This document shows, piece after piece, positions 44,627 to 53,548 of a stretch of 57,236 nt of DNA; positions within the stretch are counted from its first letter, which is position 1, and every line of letters starts with the position of its first letter. Source of the DNA: an uncultured Verrucomicrobiota bacterium (GTDB lineage Bacteria > Verrucomicrobiota > Verrucomicrobiia > Limisphaerales > UBA1100); assembly GCA_964616045.1 (NCBI GenBank), contig CAZTTU010000004.1, forward strand, positions 1 through 57,236, given 5' to 3'. The position numbers and the translations under genes were made by a program. A model generated the notes under the pieces. That model was given only the letters and a program-made list of their open reading frames with translations, did not search any database and was not told the DNA's origin.

Positions 44627-46579
44627 ATGCAAGTTCCACGCTTATTCAAGACTGGGCGCCCTCCCCGTGCATTTTTTTGGTGGCTTCCGGTTGCCATGCT
44701 TACAGCCGTTCTCTGGATGGGCTGCAATAAAGCTGCCGACGAGAAAAAGTCTGCAGCTGGAGAATCTACAACCCCAAGCACTGCCCAGCCCATCGTCGTA
44801 GACAATAAAGAAGCGACGGGAGATGAAAAACTCGCTGGCCTCGTAGCCAATGTGGAAGAGACGTCCACTCCTCGTGCGCCTGAGCAGCCCGTGGACGTTC
44901 CTGTCGTGGCAACTCCTGTTGCGGCGGTAACTCCGGCGGCCAAGACAACGCCAGCAGGACCCCTGCCCGCAAACGCCAAATACCTGCCTTCAAACGCCAC
45001 GGCAATTGTCTCATTTAACTTGGGTCAATTACTGAAAAAAGGCGGCTATGATGATTTTATTAAATCGCCCATGGTGGCAGCAATTACAGGAGAGCTGGAA
45101 AACGAGTTGGGAGAAGAACTGGCAACTTTGCTGCAAAAGATCATCAAGGACCCAGCCGCCAGCGGCATCGACACCGCTCAGCCAATCCATATTTTCCTGG
45201 ATGTTTCTGCCCCGGAAAAAGATGACCCTTTTGCCGAACCAATGATGAATGGCGGTTTGGTAGCCTCGGTAAAAAATGCCGATGCAGTTGAGACCACTTT
45301 GAATAAGTTATTCGCATTGGGAGGTGATAATGTGAAGCGCGGCAAGGGCGAAGGGTACAAGAGTATGATGCCTCCGGATGGTGAAGGCGTTGCCGCGGCA
45401 ATGGGTTATTCGAAGGACGCCTTCATCTTTGTTGGCAGCAGTAATCCTGAGGATGTCGCCAAGATTCCCGGCCAATTGGCAGATCGTTTTGCCGGCAAAA
45501 AATCGTTGGCAAAAAACTCCAAGGCTGCGGTGTTGCTGCAGGAGAAATACGATATTGCTGCCTGGATGGACTATACAAAAATCATGAACATGGCCTTCGA
45601 TGCGGCCGGCGGGCTCCCGGAAGGCGACCCTCTAGCCGCATTGACCAAAGACATGGAGTACGCCGTTGCCGTGCGTTTTGAGGCAGGTAGCGTAGATGTG
45701 GACATGATCTCCTATACCGATAGCGAGCTCTACAAGGGCTTCAGCAAAGGCGGAATGGATAAAGGCTTGGTAAACCTCGTTCCCAACAACGCGATCCTAG
45801 CCGGCGCGGAGGCGTTCAACATGAAGCCGATCCGAGATATGATGATCAAACAGGTGCTGCCGTTGTTAAAAAATGGAGAAAATGCCGAGATGACTCAGGA
45901 GATTGAAAACATGCTTGGAATGACGATTGAAGATGTACTCACCATTCCAAAGGGCGATTTCCTCGCTGTGTTTGATGGCCTGCAAGAATCCGATGAGCTT
46001 GGAATGATGCCACAGTTCCTGCTCGGCCTTACCATCGATAACAAGGCAAATTTCAACAAGCTCTTAAGCAATCCGGCCATACAGGGCTTTCTGCCCAGCC
46101 TGAATGCATTCGGAATGCAGATCGCGCAGAACGAGAATGCCTTCTTTATTTGTAGCCAAAACCACGGACCGGCTGTCAACGGAGGCAAGGCGCAAAAACC
46201 GGCCAACAAGCGACACCAGAAATTGCTGAGTGGTGATATGGGAGGTTATGTACAATTCGATGCGGTGGGAGCATTAATCCAAAAACTCGGGGCAGGCGTT
46301 GCTGAAGCCCAGATGATAGGACAATTACTGGGTACATTAGATGAGGCAACCTTTCAGGGCTCCTTTGGAGACGGAGAGCAGTCAGTTCTCGCCCGACTAA
46401 CCTTCAAGGACAAAAAAGCTAACGGCCTAAAGCAACTCATCGATCTATCCACACAAATCGCTTCCATGACTGGAGAATTGGACGCATCGTTTCCTCCCGG
46501 CGAAGCACCTGAACCTGATGAAATTGAGGTAGAACCAGTAGATCCCAAGCTGGATCAGGCCCTGGATCAGGACAAATAA
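44627..46579 (+). CDS. large lipoprotein-like hypothetical protein
   Basis: Signal and lipobox-like FFWWLPVAMLTAVLWMGCNK, then a Pro/Ala/Thr/Val-rich linker, a ~500-aa domain with no motif I recognise, and an acidic tail (EAPEPDEIEVEPVDPKLDQALDQDK). Confidence 0.6.
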   Translation: MQVPRLFKTGRPPRAFFWWLPVAMLTAVLWMGCNKAADEKKSAAGESTTPSTAQPIVVDNKEATGDEKLAGLVANVEETSTPRAPEQPVDVPVVATPVAAVTPAAKTTPAGPLPANAKYLPSNATAIVSFNLGQLLKKGGYDDFIKSPMVAAITGELENELGEELATLLQKIIKDPAASGIDTAQPIHIFLDVSAPEKDDPFAEPMMNGGLVASVKNADAVETTLNKLFALGGDNVKRGKGEGYKSMMPPDGEGVAAAMGYSKDAFIFVGSSNPEDVAKIPGQLADRFAGKKSLAKNSKAAVLLQEKYDIAAWMDYTKIMNMAFDAAGGLPEGDPLAALTKDMEYAVAVRFEAGSVDVDMISYTDSELYKGFSKGGMDKGLVNLVPNNAILAGAEAFNMKPIRDMMIKQVLPLLKNGENAEMTQEIENMLGMTIEDVLTIPKGDFLAVFDGLQESDELGMMPQFLLGLTIDNKANFNKLLSNPAIQGFLPSLNAFGMQIAQNENAFFICSQNHGPAVNGGKAQKPANKRHQKLLSGDMGGYVQFDAVGALIQKLGAGVAEAQMIGQLLGTLDEATFQGSFGDGEQSVLARLTFKDKKANGLKQLIDLSTQIASMTGELDASFPPGEAPEPDEIEVEPVDPKLDQALDQDK

Positions 46580-46634
46580 TAGGCCTCAAAGGCTATTCTC
46601 ACATAAATGGCGTTGAATTAGCGGGTTTATGCCT

Positions 46635-46667
46635 GCCATTTTAATGGCCGTTTTTTTTCTTTTTTTG
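46635..46667 (+). terminator. weak intrinsic terminator candidate after the lipoprotein gene
   Basis: GCCATT-tt-AATGGC short stem followed by CGTTTTTTTTCTTTTTTT. Confidence 0.35.
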
Positions 46668-46797
46668 TCAGTTTTGGCTAAAGCCACCTGCCGAAACTGC
46701 CGACTAATACTCGGAACATACTAGCCAGAAATGGCAGTGGCGATACCGCGCCCAAGGATGGATCAAAAACGGTGGAAACACCGGAGAAAGCGGTAAA

Positions 46798-48231
46798 ATG
46801 ATGAGAATCAACACGGATGTTGAATCCAGCCACTCAGCTCAGGACTTGTCCAAGGCTGAAACGCTGCAGAAGTTTGGACTTTTCTTCCAGAAAATGGGGG
46901 AACTGGACTTGGCGGTTTCCGTGTATCAGCGCCTCCTTGACCTAGGCGCCGATTCCCCCGATTTGCGGTTCAACTTTGGCGCTGCACGCCTCAAACAAAT
47001 ACGTCCCACAGAAGCACTCGATCACTTCAAAGCTGCTGCCCGCCGCCAGCCCGACGAACCTGGTATCCACTTGGGCATGGCCAATTCCCACCAGCTATTG
47101 GGTGACATTGCCTCTGCTGAGGCATGTTTGGAAAAGGAACTTCTGGTGAGTCCAGAATCCGCGCAAGCCTCCGTGAATCTGGGCTGGATTCTTGAGGAAC
47201 AAAACCGCGTGCCCGAAGCCCTTATGCAATATCGCAAGGCACTTTACCACAATCCCAATCATCCTGATTTGCGCTGGAACCATGGCCTTGCCTGCTTGAT
47301 GCTGGGTGACCATGCCCGTGGCTGGCGCGACTACGAATTCCGTTGGAAGGCACGCAAAAAACTAAAACCCACCTATGACAAACCTGAATGGAAAGGCGAA
47401 CCGCTCAAGAACCGCTCTCTGCTCCTGCACACAGAACAGGGCTTTGGCGACACAATCATGTTCCTACGTTTTGCTCAGCAAATGGGTCAGGCCAACAACC
47501 GCATCTCCCTGCAGTGCCAACCACAACTGAAACGCCTCTTTGGCGCCCAACCTGAATTGGAACATGTAGTGGCAAACGGTGAAAAACTGCCAAGCTATGA
47601 CCTGCAGGCTCCACTTATGAGCCTGCCCCATTTACTCAAGCTCTCACGCGAAAACGATTTTCATTCTCATGCTTATCTTTCGACTAATGACCTTTCAATC
47701 GCGCCCATTCCGGAAGCGCAACCGGGCCACAAAAAAGTAGCCGTCACTTGGGCCAGTGCGCCGCACAGTGAGGATAAAGATAAAAAAACAGTGCCCTATT
47801 CGAAATTTTGCACACTTTTCGACATCCCTAACTGCACGTTCTATTCGGTACAGATCAACGCGGATGCCACAGCAGTAGCCGACATGAACCGACGCTCAAA
47901 CGTGCACGACTTGCGGGATTCCATCAGCGACTTTGCCAACACCGCCGGAATCATCAACCAAACCGACCTGGTGATCACCGTGGATACCGCCACCGCCCAT
48001 CTTGCTGGAGCTCTTGGTAAACCCGTTTGGACACTGCTTCCCTACGCCGCCGACTGGCGGTGGCGCCTGCATCGCACAGACACACCTTGGTACCCTTCCA
48101 TGCGCCTCTTTCGCCAAAATAAATCCGGACATTGGGATGACTTGATGGAAGAAATAAACCACTGTCTCTTCAACCACTGTGCGCAATTTTCCACCTCGCG
48201 TCTCGCAGGCGGCGTGGTGGCTTCCTGCTAA
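46798..48231 (+). CDS. TPR-repeat protein with a C-terminal glycosyltransferase family 9 (heptosyltransferase-like) domain
   Basis: N-terminal TPRs (e.g. FGLFFQKMGELDLAVSVYQRLLDLGADSPD). C-terminal GFGDTIMFLRFAQQM...DLVITVDTATAHLAGALGKPVWTLLPYAADWRWRLHRTDTPWYPSMRLFRQ is typical of GT9-like TPR proteins. Confidence 0.7.
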   Translation: MMRINTDVESSHSAQDLSKAETLQKFGLFFQKMGELDLAVSVYQRLLDLGADSPDLRFNFGAARLKQIRPTEALDHFKAAARRQPDEPGIHLGMANSHQLLGDIASAEACLEKELLVSPESAQASVNLGWILEEQNRVPEALMQYRKALYHNPNHPDLRWNHGLACLMLGDHARGWRDYEFRWKARKKLKPTYDKPEWKGEPLKNRSLLLHTEQGFGDTIMFLRFAQQMGQANNRISLQCQPQLKRLFGAQPELEHVVANGEKLPSYDLQAPLMSLPHLLKLSRENDFHSHAYLSTNDLSIAPIPEAQPGHKKVAVTWASAPHSEDKDKKTVPYSKFCTLFDIPNCTFYSVQINADATAVADMNRRSNVHDLRDSISDFANTAGIINQTDLVITVDTATAHLAGALGKPVWTLLPYAADWRWRLHRTDTPWYPSMRLFRQNKSGHWDDLMEEINHCLFNHCAQFSTSRLAGGVVASC

Positions 48232-48235
48232 TATT

Positions 48236-49366
48236 TCAATCCTGCTGCATCGCAGAAGAAATCCAAGTGTCAAAAAGGGATTCCGGTATGGCCGGATGAA
48301 AATCTCCAGGGATGTCTTGCCCGCCGGAGAGATAGGTGATTGGCAATTGTGTGGCAAGCATGATGTTCCACACCTTACTCCAGCGCTCATCTTCATCGAC
48401 GTGAGTAAGGATCACGCCGGACAGTCTTAACCGTGAAAACGCCTTGGCCTGCCGAAGCAACAGGCCCAAATCGTAGGCGGCATTGAGCACAAGGTGGATT
48501 TCAGTTGCACCGAGATCTTTCACCTGTCGGTCCAATGCCTTAAGTGAATCTGGCTGATCTATCGGCACTCCGGGATAATCCACCAGACGCATTGTATCTT
48601 CCGGTGGCTGCTCATCCGGATTCCACAGACGCTCCACTGGCACTTGCAGCAATTCTCCATGGAGACTCAAAAATTCCGCCGTGTTTGGGCGATCGGTGTC
48701 CAGCCGCCAGATACGTGAAGGACGCTGACGGAGAAAGGTTTCCAGCGTGGCCCACTTGGCCAGCACTGTGGTCTTGCCGGTCCCAGGCGTCCCCACAAGC
48801 ACGCGCACGGGATTGCCGGGCTTTTCCACACGCCGTGCCAGTTGATGCCAATATTCAGAAAGCACCTCGCGCAGAAGTTCCATTTCTTCAAGCAGATTAC
48901 GGGGCTTAGTGGCACCTAGAAAATTTCTTGATTGCGCGGAAAGCCATCGGGCATGTGAAGGCAGAAGCCCGATCTGCTCAAGCACTCGCACCGCCGGCAA
49001 CAGCACTTCCTCCATCTCGTCACCTTGTGCAGCGCGGATCATCTGCATCACCTTAGGCGGCAGCCGATCATCCGGGCTGGACTGGGGCTCCACCGAGACA
49101 ACGCCGCGAGCTTGGAGTTCATCCTCAAGCTGCTGCACCTTGACGGTAAGCTGCTGAAACGATTCCTGTTCACTAGGCTCTGGCTCCGGTGTCGTGGCAA
49201 GCACCTCAACCTGCGGCTTAGCCCACAGTTTTTTCATGCCATCAGCGGGGAGCTTTCGCACGTTGAGAATAACTGCGTCTGGGCCAACTTGAGCCTGCAC
49301 TTTTTCGAGAGCTTCCTGTGTGGAGGAGGCTATGATCTTGACGGCGTTCATGCGTTGAAAATGCAC
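48236..49366 (-). CDS. flhF: flagellar biosynthesis GTPase FlhF (SRP-type)
   Basis: VLVGTPGTGKTTVLAKWA (P-loop), RLDTDR, ILTHVDE...YLSGGQDIPGDF. It sits directly downstream of flhA. Confidence 0.85.
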   Translation of the reverse strand: MHFQRMNAVKIIASSTQEALEKVQAQVGPDAVILNVRKLPADGMKKLWAKPQVEVLATTPEPEPSEQESFQQLTVKVQQLEDELQARGVVSVEPQSSPDDRLPPKVMQMIRAAQGDEMEEVLLPAVRVLEQIGLLPSHARWLSAQSRNFLGATKPRNLLEEMELLREVLSEYWHQLARRVEKPGNPVRVLVGTPGTGKTTVLAKWATLETFLRQRPSRIWRLDTDRPNTAEFLSLHGELLQVPVERLWNPDEQPPEDTMRLVDYPGVPIDQPDSLKALDRQVKDLGATEIHLVLNAAYDLGLLLRQAKAFSRLRLSGVILTHVDEDERWSKVWNIMLATQLPITYLSGGQDIPGDFHPAIPESLFDTWISSAMQQD

Positions 49367-49384
49367 CGGCCACGGCGGCCCGGA

Positions 49385-51502
49385 TTATTGCATGGACGGT
49401 ACGGTGGCAACCGGCTCAATTTCAATCTTGGGCGGCAATTCCTCATAGCTGAGAAATGCCAGCTCGGGGAATTTCGCCGCAAAGAATCGGCGCAGTCCAG
49501 CCCGAATCATTGACGAACAAATCACAGCAGGCGTACGACCCTCAGCTATCATCGGCTGGATAGATTGATGCAGGTGATGTGACAGGTGCTCGGCAATCTT
49601 TGGATCAATCAGCAGAACCGTCTCGTTCTGCGACGGGCGAATGCCTTTCACCATCTCCTCCTCCAGCCATGGATCAAGGGTGATTGCAGGAAGATTGTCG
49701 TTGTCATCGAGATATGGTTTTACCACCTGCGCACCGATGGCTTTGCGGGCTTGCTCGGAAAGCTCATCGGGATTTTTCGTCGTAGCCGCATAATCGGCCA
49801 CACGCTCTAGAATACTCACTAGATTGCGAATGGAAACTCCCTCAGAAAGGAGATTCTGCAAAACGCGCTGCACCTGCCCCACGCTGAGAAGAGTCGGCAC
49901 TAGCTCATTCACGAGGGCTGGATTGTTTTCCTTGAGATTATCCAGCAACACCTGTACGTCCTGTCGGCTGAGAATCTGGTGACAATGACGCTTGATGGTT
50001 TCACTGAAATGCGTAACGAGCACGTCTGCCGGATTCACTACGGTGTAGCCAACCACCTCGGCATTCTTACGTTCGACCTCAGTGATCCATACAGCCGGCA
50101 AGCCAAAACAAGGCTCGGTAGTCTGCACACCGGGCAACACATCGGTGCTGTTGTTGGTGTTCATTGCGAGCCAGTAGCCAGGCATTACTTCGCCGGTGGC
50201 AATGAGTTGGCCGCGAAACACAAAGCGATATTCGTTGGGTTGCAGCTCAAGATTATCGCGTAGCCGCACAGCGGGGATGATGAAGCCCATCTGCTCTACA
50301 AAATTACGACGCACACCGGTCACTCGCTCCAAAACCTCCCCACCCTTCTTTGGGTCTGCCAGCGAAAGCAGGCCATATCCCAACTCAATTTGCAGCGTAT
50401 CGAGATTCAGCAATTCCTCCATTTTCTCCGGACTACCAGATTTGTCGTCCTTGGGATCGCCCCCTCCATCGGGGCCATCGTCCGGAAGAGCCCCATCATC
50501 AAAATCTGGTCCCTCCGGTTGCTCTATCAACAGGCCGCGTTCCTGAAAATTACGATACATGAGGCCAAACAGCACTCCCATACACATGAACGGGAACCAT
50601 GGCAGGACCCCCGCTAGTAACGAGAAGAGGGAAAGTAAAAGCATAGACATTGAAAGCACCTTTAACACTTTCGGCTGCAAAAAAAGCTGCTCGGTTAGAG
50701 TGGTTCCGAGGCTCTGTTTTTCCGCAGATCGCGTTACCAGAATACCAGCCGCCGTGGAGATCACGAGCGCCGGAATCTGGGATACGAGACCATCACCAAT
50801 ACTCAGGATGGTGTAGGTTTGTAGTGCCCCACCAACTTCCATGCCGCGCTGCATCACTCCAATGCCAATGCCGCCAATGATGTTCACCAGCGTGATGATG
50901 ATGCCAGCGATAGCATCACCGCGCACAAACTTGCTGGCACCATCCATCGAGCCGTAGAAATCCGCCTCCTTGGAGAGATCATCACGCCGTTTGCGAGCCT
51001 GTTCTTCCTTAATGAGGCCTGCGTTGAGCTCGGCATCTATCGCCATTTGTTTGCCGGGCATAGCGTCCAGGGTAAATCGCGCGGCCACTTCCGCAATGCG
51101 CCCGGCACCCTTGGTAATCACTACGAAGTTGATAACGGTGAGTATGACAAACACCACAAAACCAACCACATAGTTATTTTGCACCACCACTTCACCAAAC
51201 TTCTGAATAATCTGGCCAGCCTGCGCCTCGCCCAGAATTAGCCGGGTGGTAGCTATGTTGAGTCCCAATCTAAACAATGTGACGATGAGCAGGAGCGTCG
51301 GGAAGCTAGTGAACCCCGAGGGATCACGTAGATAAATGATCACCAGCATCACGAGCAGGCCAGTGGAGATACTTAGTGCCAGCAAAATGTCCAGCATCCA
51401 TGGCCGCATTGGCAGGATCATGCACATCAACACACCAAACACGAAGGCCACGAGACCTAGCTCGGACCACCGTGATTCCAGTTTTGCAGGAGCAGCACTC
51501 AT
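49385..51502 (-). CDS. flhA: flagellar type III export apparatus protein FlhA
   Basis: 705 aa. FVVITKGAGRIAEVAARFTLDAMPGKQMAIDAELNAGLI and the conserved C-terminal cytoplasmic domain. Confidence 0.95.
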   Translation of the reverse strand: MSAAPAKLESRWSELGLVAFVFGVLMCMILPMRPWMLDILLALSISTGLLVMLVIIYLRDPSGFTSFPTLLLIVTLFRLGLNIATTRLILGEAQAGQIIQKFGEVVVQNNYVVGFVVFVILTVINFVVITKGAGRIAEVAARFTLDAMPGKQMAIDAELNAGLIKEEQARKRRDDLSKEADFYGSMDGASKFVRGDAIAGIIITLVNIIGGIGIGVMQRGMEVGGALQTYTILSIGDGLVSQIPALVISTAAGILVTRSAEKQSLGTTLTEQLFLQPKVLKVLSMSMLLLSLFSLLAGVLPWFPFMCMGVLFGLMYRNFQERGLLIEQPEGPDFDDGALPDDGPDGGGDPKDDKSGSPEKMEELLNLDTLQIELGYGLLSLADPKKGGEVLERVTGVRRNFVEQMGFIIPAVRLRDNLELQPNEYRFVFRGQLIATGEVMPGYWLAMNTNNSTDVLPGVQTTEPCFGLPAVWITEVERKNAEVVGYTVVNPADVLVTHFSETIKRHCHQILSRQDVQVLLDNLKENNPALVNELVPTLLSVGQVQRVLQNLLSEGVSIRNLVSILERVADYAATTKNPDELSEQARKAIGAQVVKPYLDDNDNLPAITLDPWLEEEMVKGIRPSQNETVLLIDPKIAEHLSHHLHQSIQPMIAEGRTPAVICSSMIRAGLRRFFAAKFPELAFLSYEELPPKIEIEPVATVPSMQ

Positions 51503-51601
51503 GCAAGCAATCTCACTCTTCGTCTTATGCCAGATGGCTGGTGAAAGCTCATTGTTTGGATATCCAACTCAGCACGCATCCATGCATGCCATATACTTCA
51601 C

Positions 51602-51617
51602 AGCATTTTGAATGCCA
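51602..51617 (-). promoter_or_regulatory. sigma54-type promoter candidate upstream of flhA-flhF
   Basis: The minus strand reads TGGCAT-TCAAA-ATGCT, ~100 nt upstream of the flhA ATG, within the 168-nt flhB-flhA gap. Confidence 0.3.
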
Positions 51618-51670
51618 GCAAAGCGTTTAAATGGATGTTTATTAGCATTTTTTGGCAAAAATATGCATTA

Positions 51671-52768
51671 TTAAGCCGTCACTCGATGGCCTTTCATGTA
51701 ATATTTGTAGCGATTGGTGCGGTAGACATAGGCCAATATTTCTGCCACTGCGGCAAATAAGTCGGGGATGATTTCCTGCCCGACTTTGCAATTCTTGAAC
51801 AACAACCTTGCCACTGGCTTGTTTTCCACAATGGGCACTTCATGTTTTTTGGCGATCTCTCGAATTCGAAGCGCATTGTACCGAGCACCCTTGGCCACCA
51901 CACGCGGGGCACTCATTTGGCCACGTTCGTACTTGAGCGCAATTGCAAGGTGCGTCGGGTTGGTCACAATCACATCCGCCTTGGGCACTTCCTGATTCAG
52001 CGTGTCCATTAGCATTTGGCGGCGGCGGCGGCGCATCTCCCCCTTTTGTTGCATGTTGCCTTCCGCCTGCTTGCTTTCATCTTTCACTTCCTGCTTGGTC
52101 ATCATGCTGTCCTGCTCATTCTTCCAGTGCTGGTAGGCATAATCGGCTCCGGCAATCACCACCATGCCAGCAATCACGCGAAGCGCAACCCCCAGGGTGG
52201 TATTCCCCATGAAGGCAAGCAGATGCTGGATATCCGTGGAGGTATAAAAAATGGGATCATTCAACACTTCCTTGATAACCGGATAACTAAACCCGAAGAT
52301 CACCATAAACTTCAGTAAACTGACCGCCAATTTGGCAAACGACTGGCTGCTGAACATTCGTTTGAAGCCGGACAACGGACTGAGCTTGCTTATTTTAGGC
52401 TCAATCGCCTTTGGTGAAACTCGCATCCCACTTTGGGCCCCGGAGGATAGGAGCCCGGCAAACATTGCCATGATCATCACCGGTAATATTAGTGTGCCCG
52501 CTGTCAACATGAAATGCCCGAAGTGGCCAATGAATGATTCTGGCGTCATATTAAGGGTCCCCAGTTGTTGATAGACACTGGTCATGAACGACCGGAAAGT
52601 GTCGACCATTTTGGGAGCCATTATGGTCAGGACCAACATGGCACCAATCATGAGTACCAGAGTGTTGACTTCCCTACTGCGCGCAAACTGACCGGATTCC
52701 ATCAGCTGCTGCAGCTTTTTTGGCGTTGGCTGTTCGGTTTTCTCCTGACCTGATTCGTTTTCAGCCAT
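51671..52768 (-). CDS. flhB: flagellar export apparatus protein FlhB
   Basis: MAENESGQEKTEQPTPKKLQQLMESGQFARSREV N-terminus and the NPTHLAIALKY autocleavage motif. Confidence 0.95.
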   Translation of the reverse strand: MAENESGQEKTEQPTPKKLQQLMESGQFARSREVNTLVLMIGAMLVLTIMAPKMVDTFRSFMTSVYQQLGTLNMTPESFIGHFGHFMLTAGTLILPVMIMAMFAGLLSSGAQSGMRVSPKAIEPKISKLSPLSGFKRMFSSQSFAKLAVSLLKFMVIFGFSYPVIKEVLNDPIFYTSTDIQHLLAFMGNTTLGVALRVIAGMVVIAGADYAYQHWKNEQDSMMTKQEVKDESKQAEGNMQQKGEMRRRRRQMLMDTLNQEVPKADVIVTNPTHLAIALKYERGQMSAPRVVAKGARYNALRIREIAKKHEVPIVENKPVARLLFKNCKVGQEIIPDLFAAVAEILAYVYRTNRYKYYMKGHRVTA

Positions 52769-52771
52769 AGG

Positions 52772-53539
52772 TTATCCTCCGGCAAGCAAACGAGTGACCG
52801 CCACAAAGTCATTCGGCAATTGGCCCAAATAGTTTGAGATTTCGCGAGCAGCCAGCGATAGGGTAAACCCGAAAAGAAAAATCCCCACCAAAATGCGGAT
52901 TGAGAAGCTCAAAATAAAAACGTTCACTTCCGGAATCGTGCGACCTAATACCATCATCAAGAGGTTCACCACGACGCCCACTGCTATGAGTGGTGCAGCG
53001 ATGCGTAACGCCACAATAAATGTCCTAGCACACAGGCTTGTGATTTCGTCAAATAACTCATTGGAAAGCTGACCACCTCCAATAGCCAACACGTTGTAGG
53101 ATTGCTGGAAGCCCATCAATAGCTCAAAATGGATATCCAGTGAAAACATCAGCATCACCGTGATCATCTGGAGCATCACCGCTGGAGTTTGCGCGGGCGT
53201 TGTTTCACCCGGAGCGATGAGGCTGGAAAGTTGCAATCCCAACTGTCCGCCAATGTAGTGGCCCGCCAACCCCACCGCGAAGAGGATAAGACGACATATA
53301 AATCCAAGCAGCAATCCGAAAGCTACTTCCTTGGCTATGAGACCCACGAAACTGATCGAATCACTCTGCAAAAACCCCTCAGGCAAACTCACACCCGGCA
53401 TGGACAGCATGGCGAGAAAACCCGCTAAAGCAATCCGAATGCGCATCGGCATGGCGGCTGCCGAAAAGATTGGAAAAATGGAAAGCATGGCACCCGCACG
53501 AACGAACACCATAAACCAAGTGAGGAAAAACTCCTGCAT
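52772..53539 (-). CDS. fliR: flagellar export apparatus protein FliR
   Basis: 255-aa polytopic membrane protein. FMVFVRAGAMLSIFPIFS... It lies between fliQ and flhB. Confidence 0.9.
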   Translation of the reverse strand: MQEFFLTWFMVFVRAGAMLSIFPIFSAAAMPMRIRIALAGFLAMLSMPGVSLPEGFLQSDSISFVGLIAKEVAFGLLLGFICRLILFAVGLAGHYIGGQLGLQLSSLIAPGETTPAQTPAVMLQMITVMLMFSLDIHFELLMGFQQSYNVLAIGGGQLSNELFDEITSLCARTFIVALRIAAPLIAVGVVVNLLMMVLGRTIPEVNVFILSFSIRILVGIFLFGFTLSLAAREISNYLGQLPNDFVAVTRLLAGG

Positions 53540-53548
53540 AAGTTTTTC

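Noticed and set aside
46608-46623. Sigma54-like TGGCGT-TGAAT-TAGCG in the gap after the lipoprotein gene.
   Set aside because: It has a poor -12 element and lies upstream of the terminator-like hairpin and T-tract, 175 nt from the next start. It is likely a chance match.
46679-46707. Sigma28 (FliA)-like motif TAAAGCCA-N12-GCCGACTAA upstream of the TPR-GT9 gene.
   Set aside because: The spacer is one nt longer than the TAAAGTTT-N11-GCCGATAA consensus, and the -10 element carries an inserted C. It is a single occurrence, and no fliA is present in the window. I kept it only as a note.
24628-48231. Whether the glycosylation block is a mobile genomic island or a phage-defence locus.
   Set aside because: I saw no integrase, transposase, tRNA, flanking direct repeats, or nuclease, helicase or methylase-restriction signatures. 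All recognisable domains are sugar-metabolic or GT/TPR. Its apparent use of the same sigma54 promoters as the flagellar genes argues for an integrated, not recently mobile, block.
51530-51560. Second TGGCAT…GC motif on the minus strand of the flhB-flhA gap (TGGCATGCATGGATGC).
   Set aside because: The GG-to-GC spacing is one nt too long for a -24/-12 promoter.
48544-51630. Plus-strand ORFs opposite flhF and flhA (e.g. 48544-48909, 49025-49513, 50196-50546).
   Set aside because: They are antisense to highly conserved flagellar genes and have no motifs, so they are shadow ORFs.
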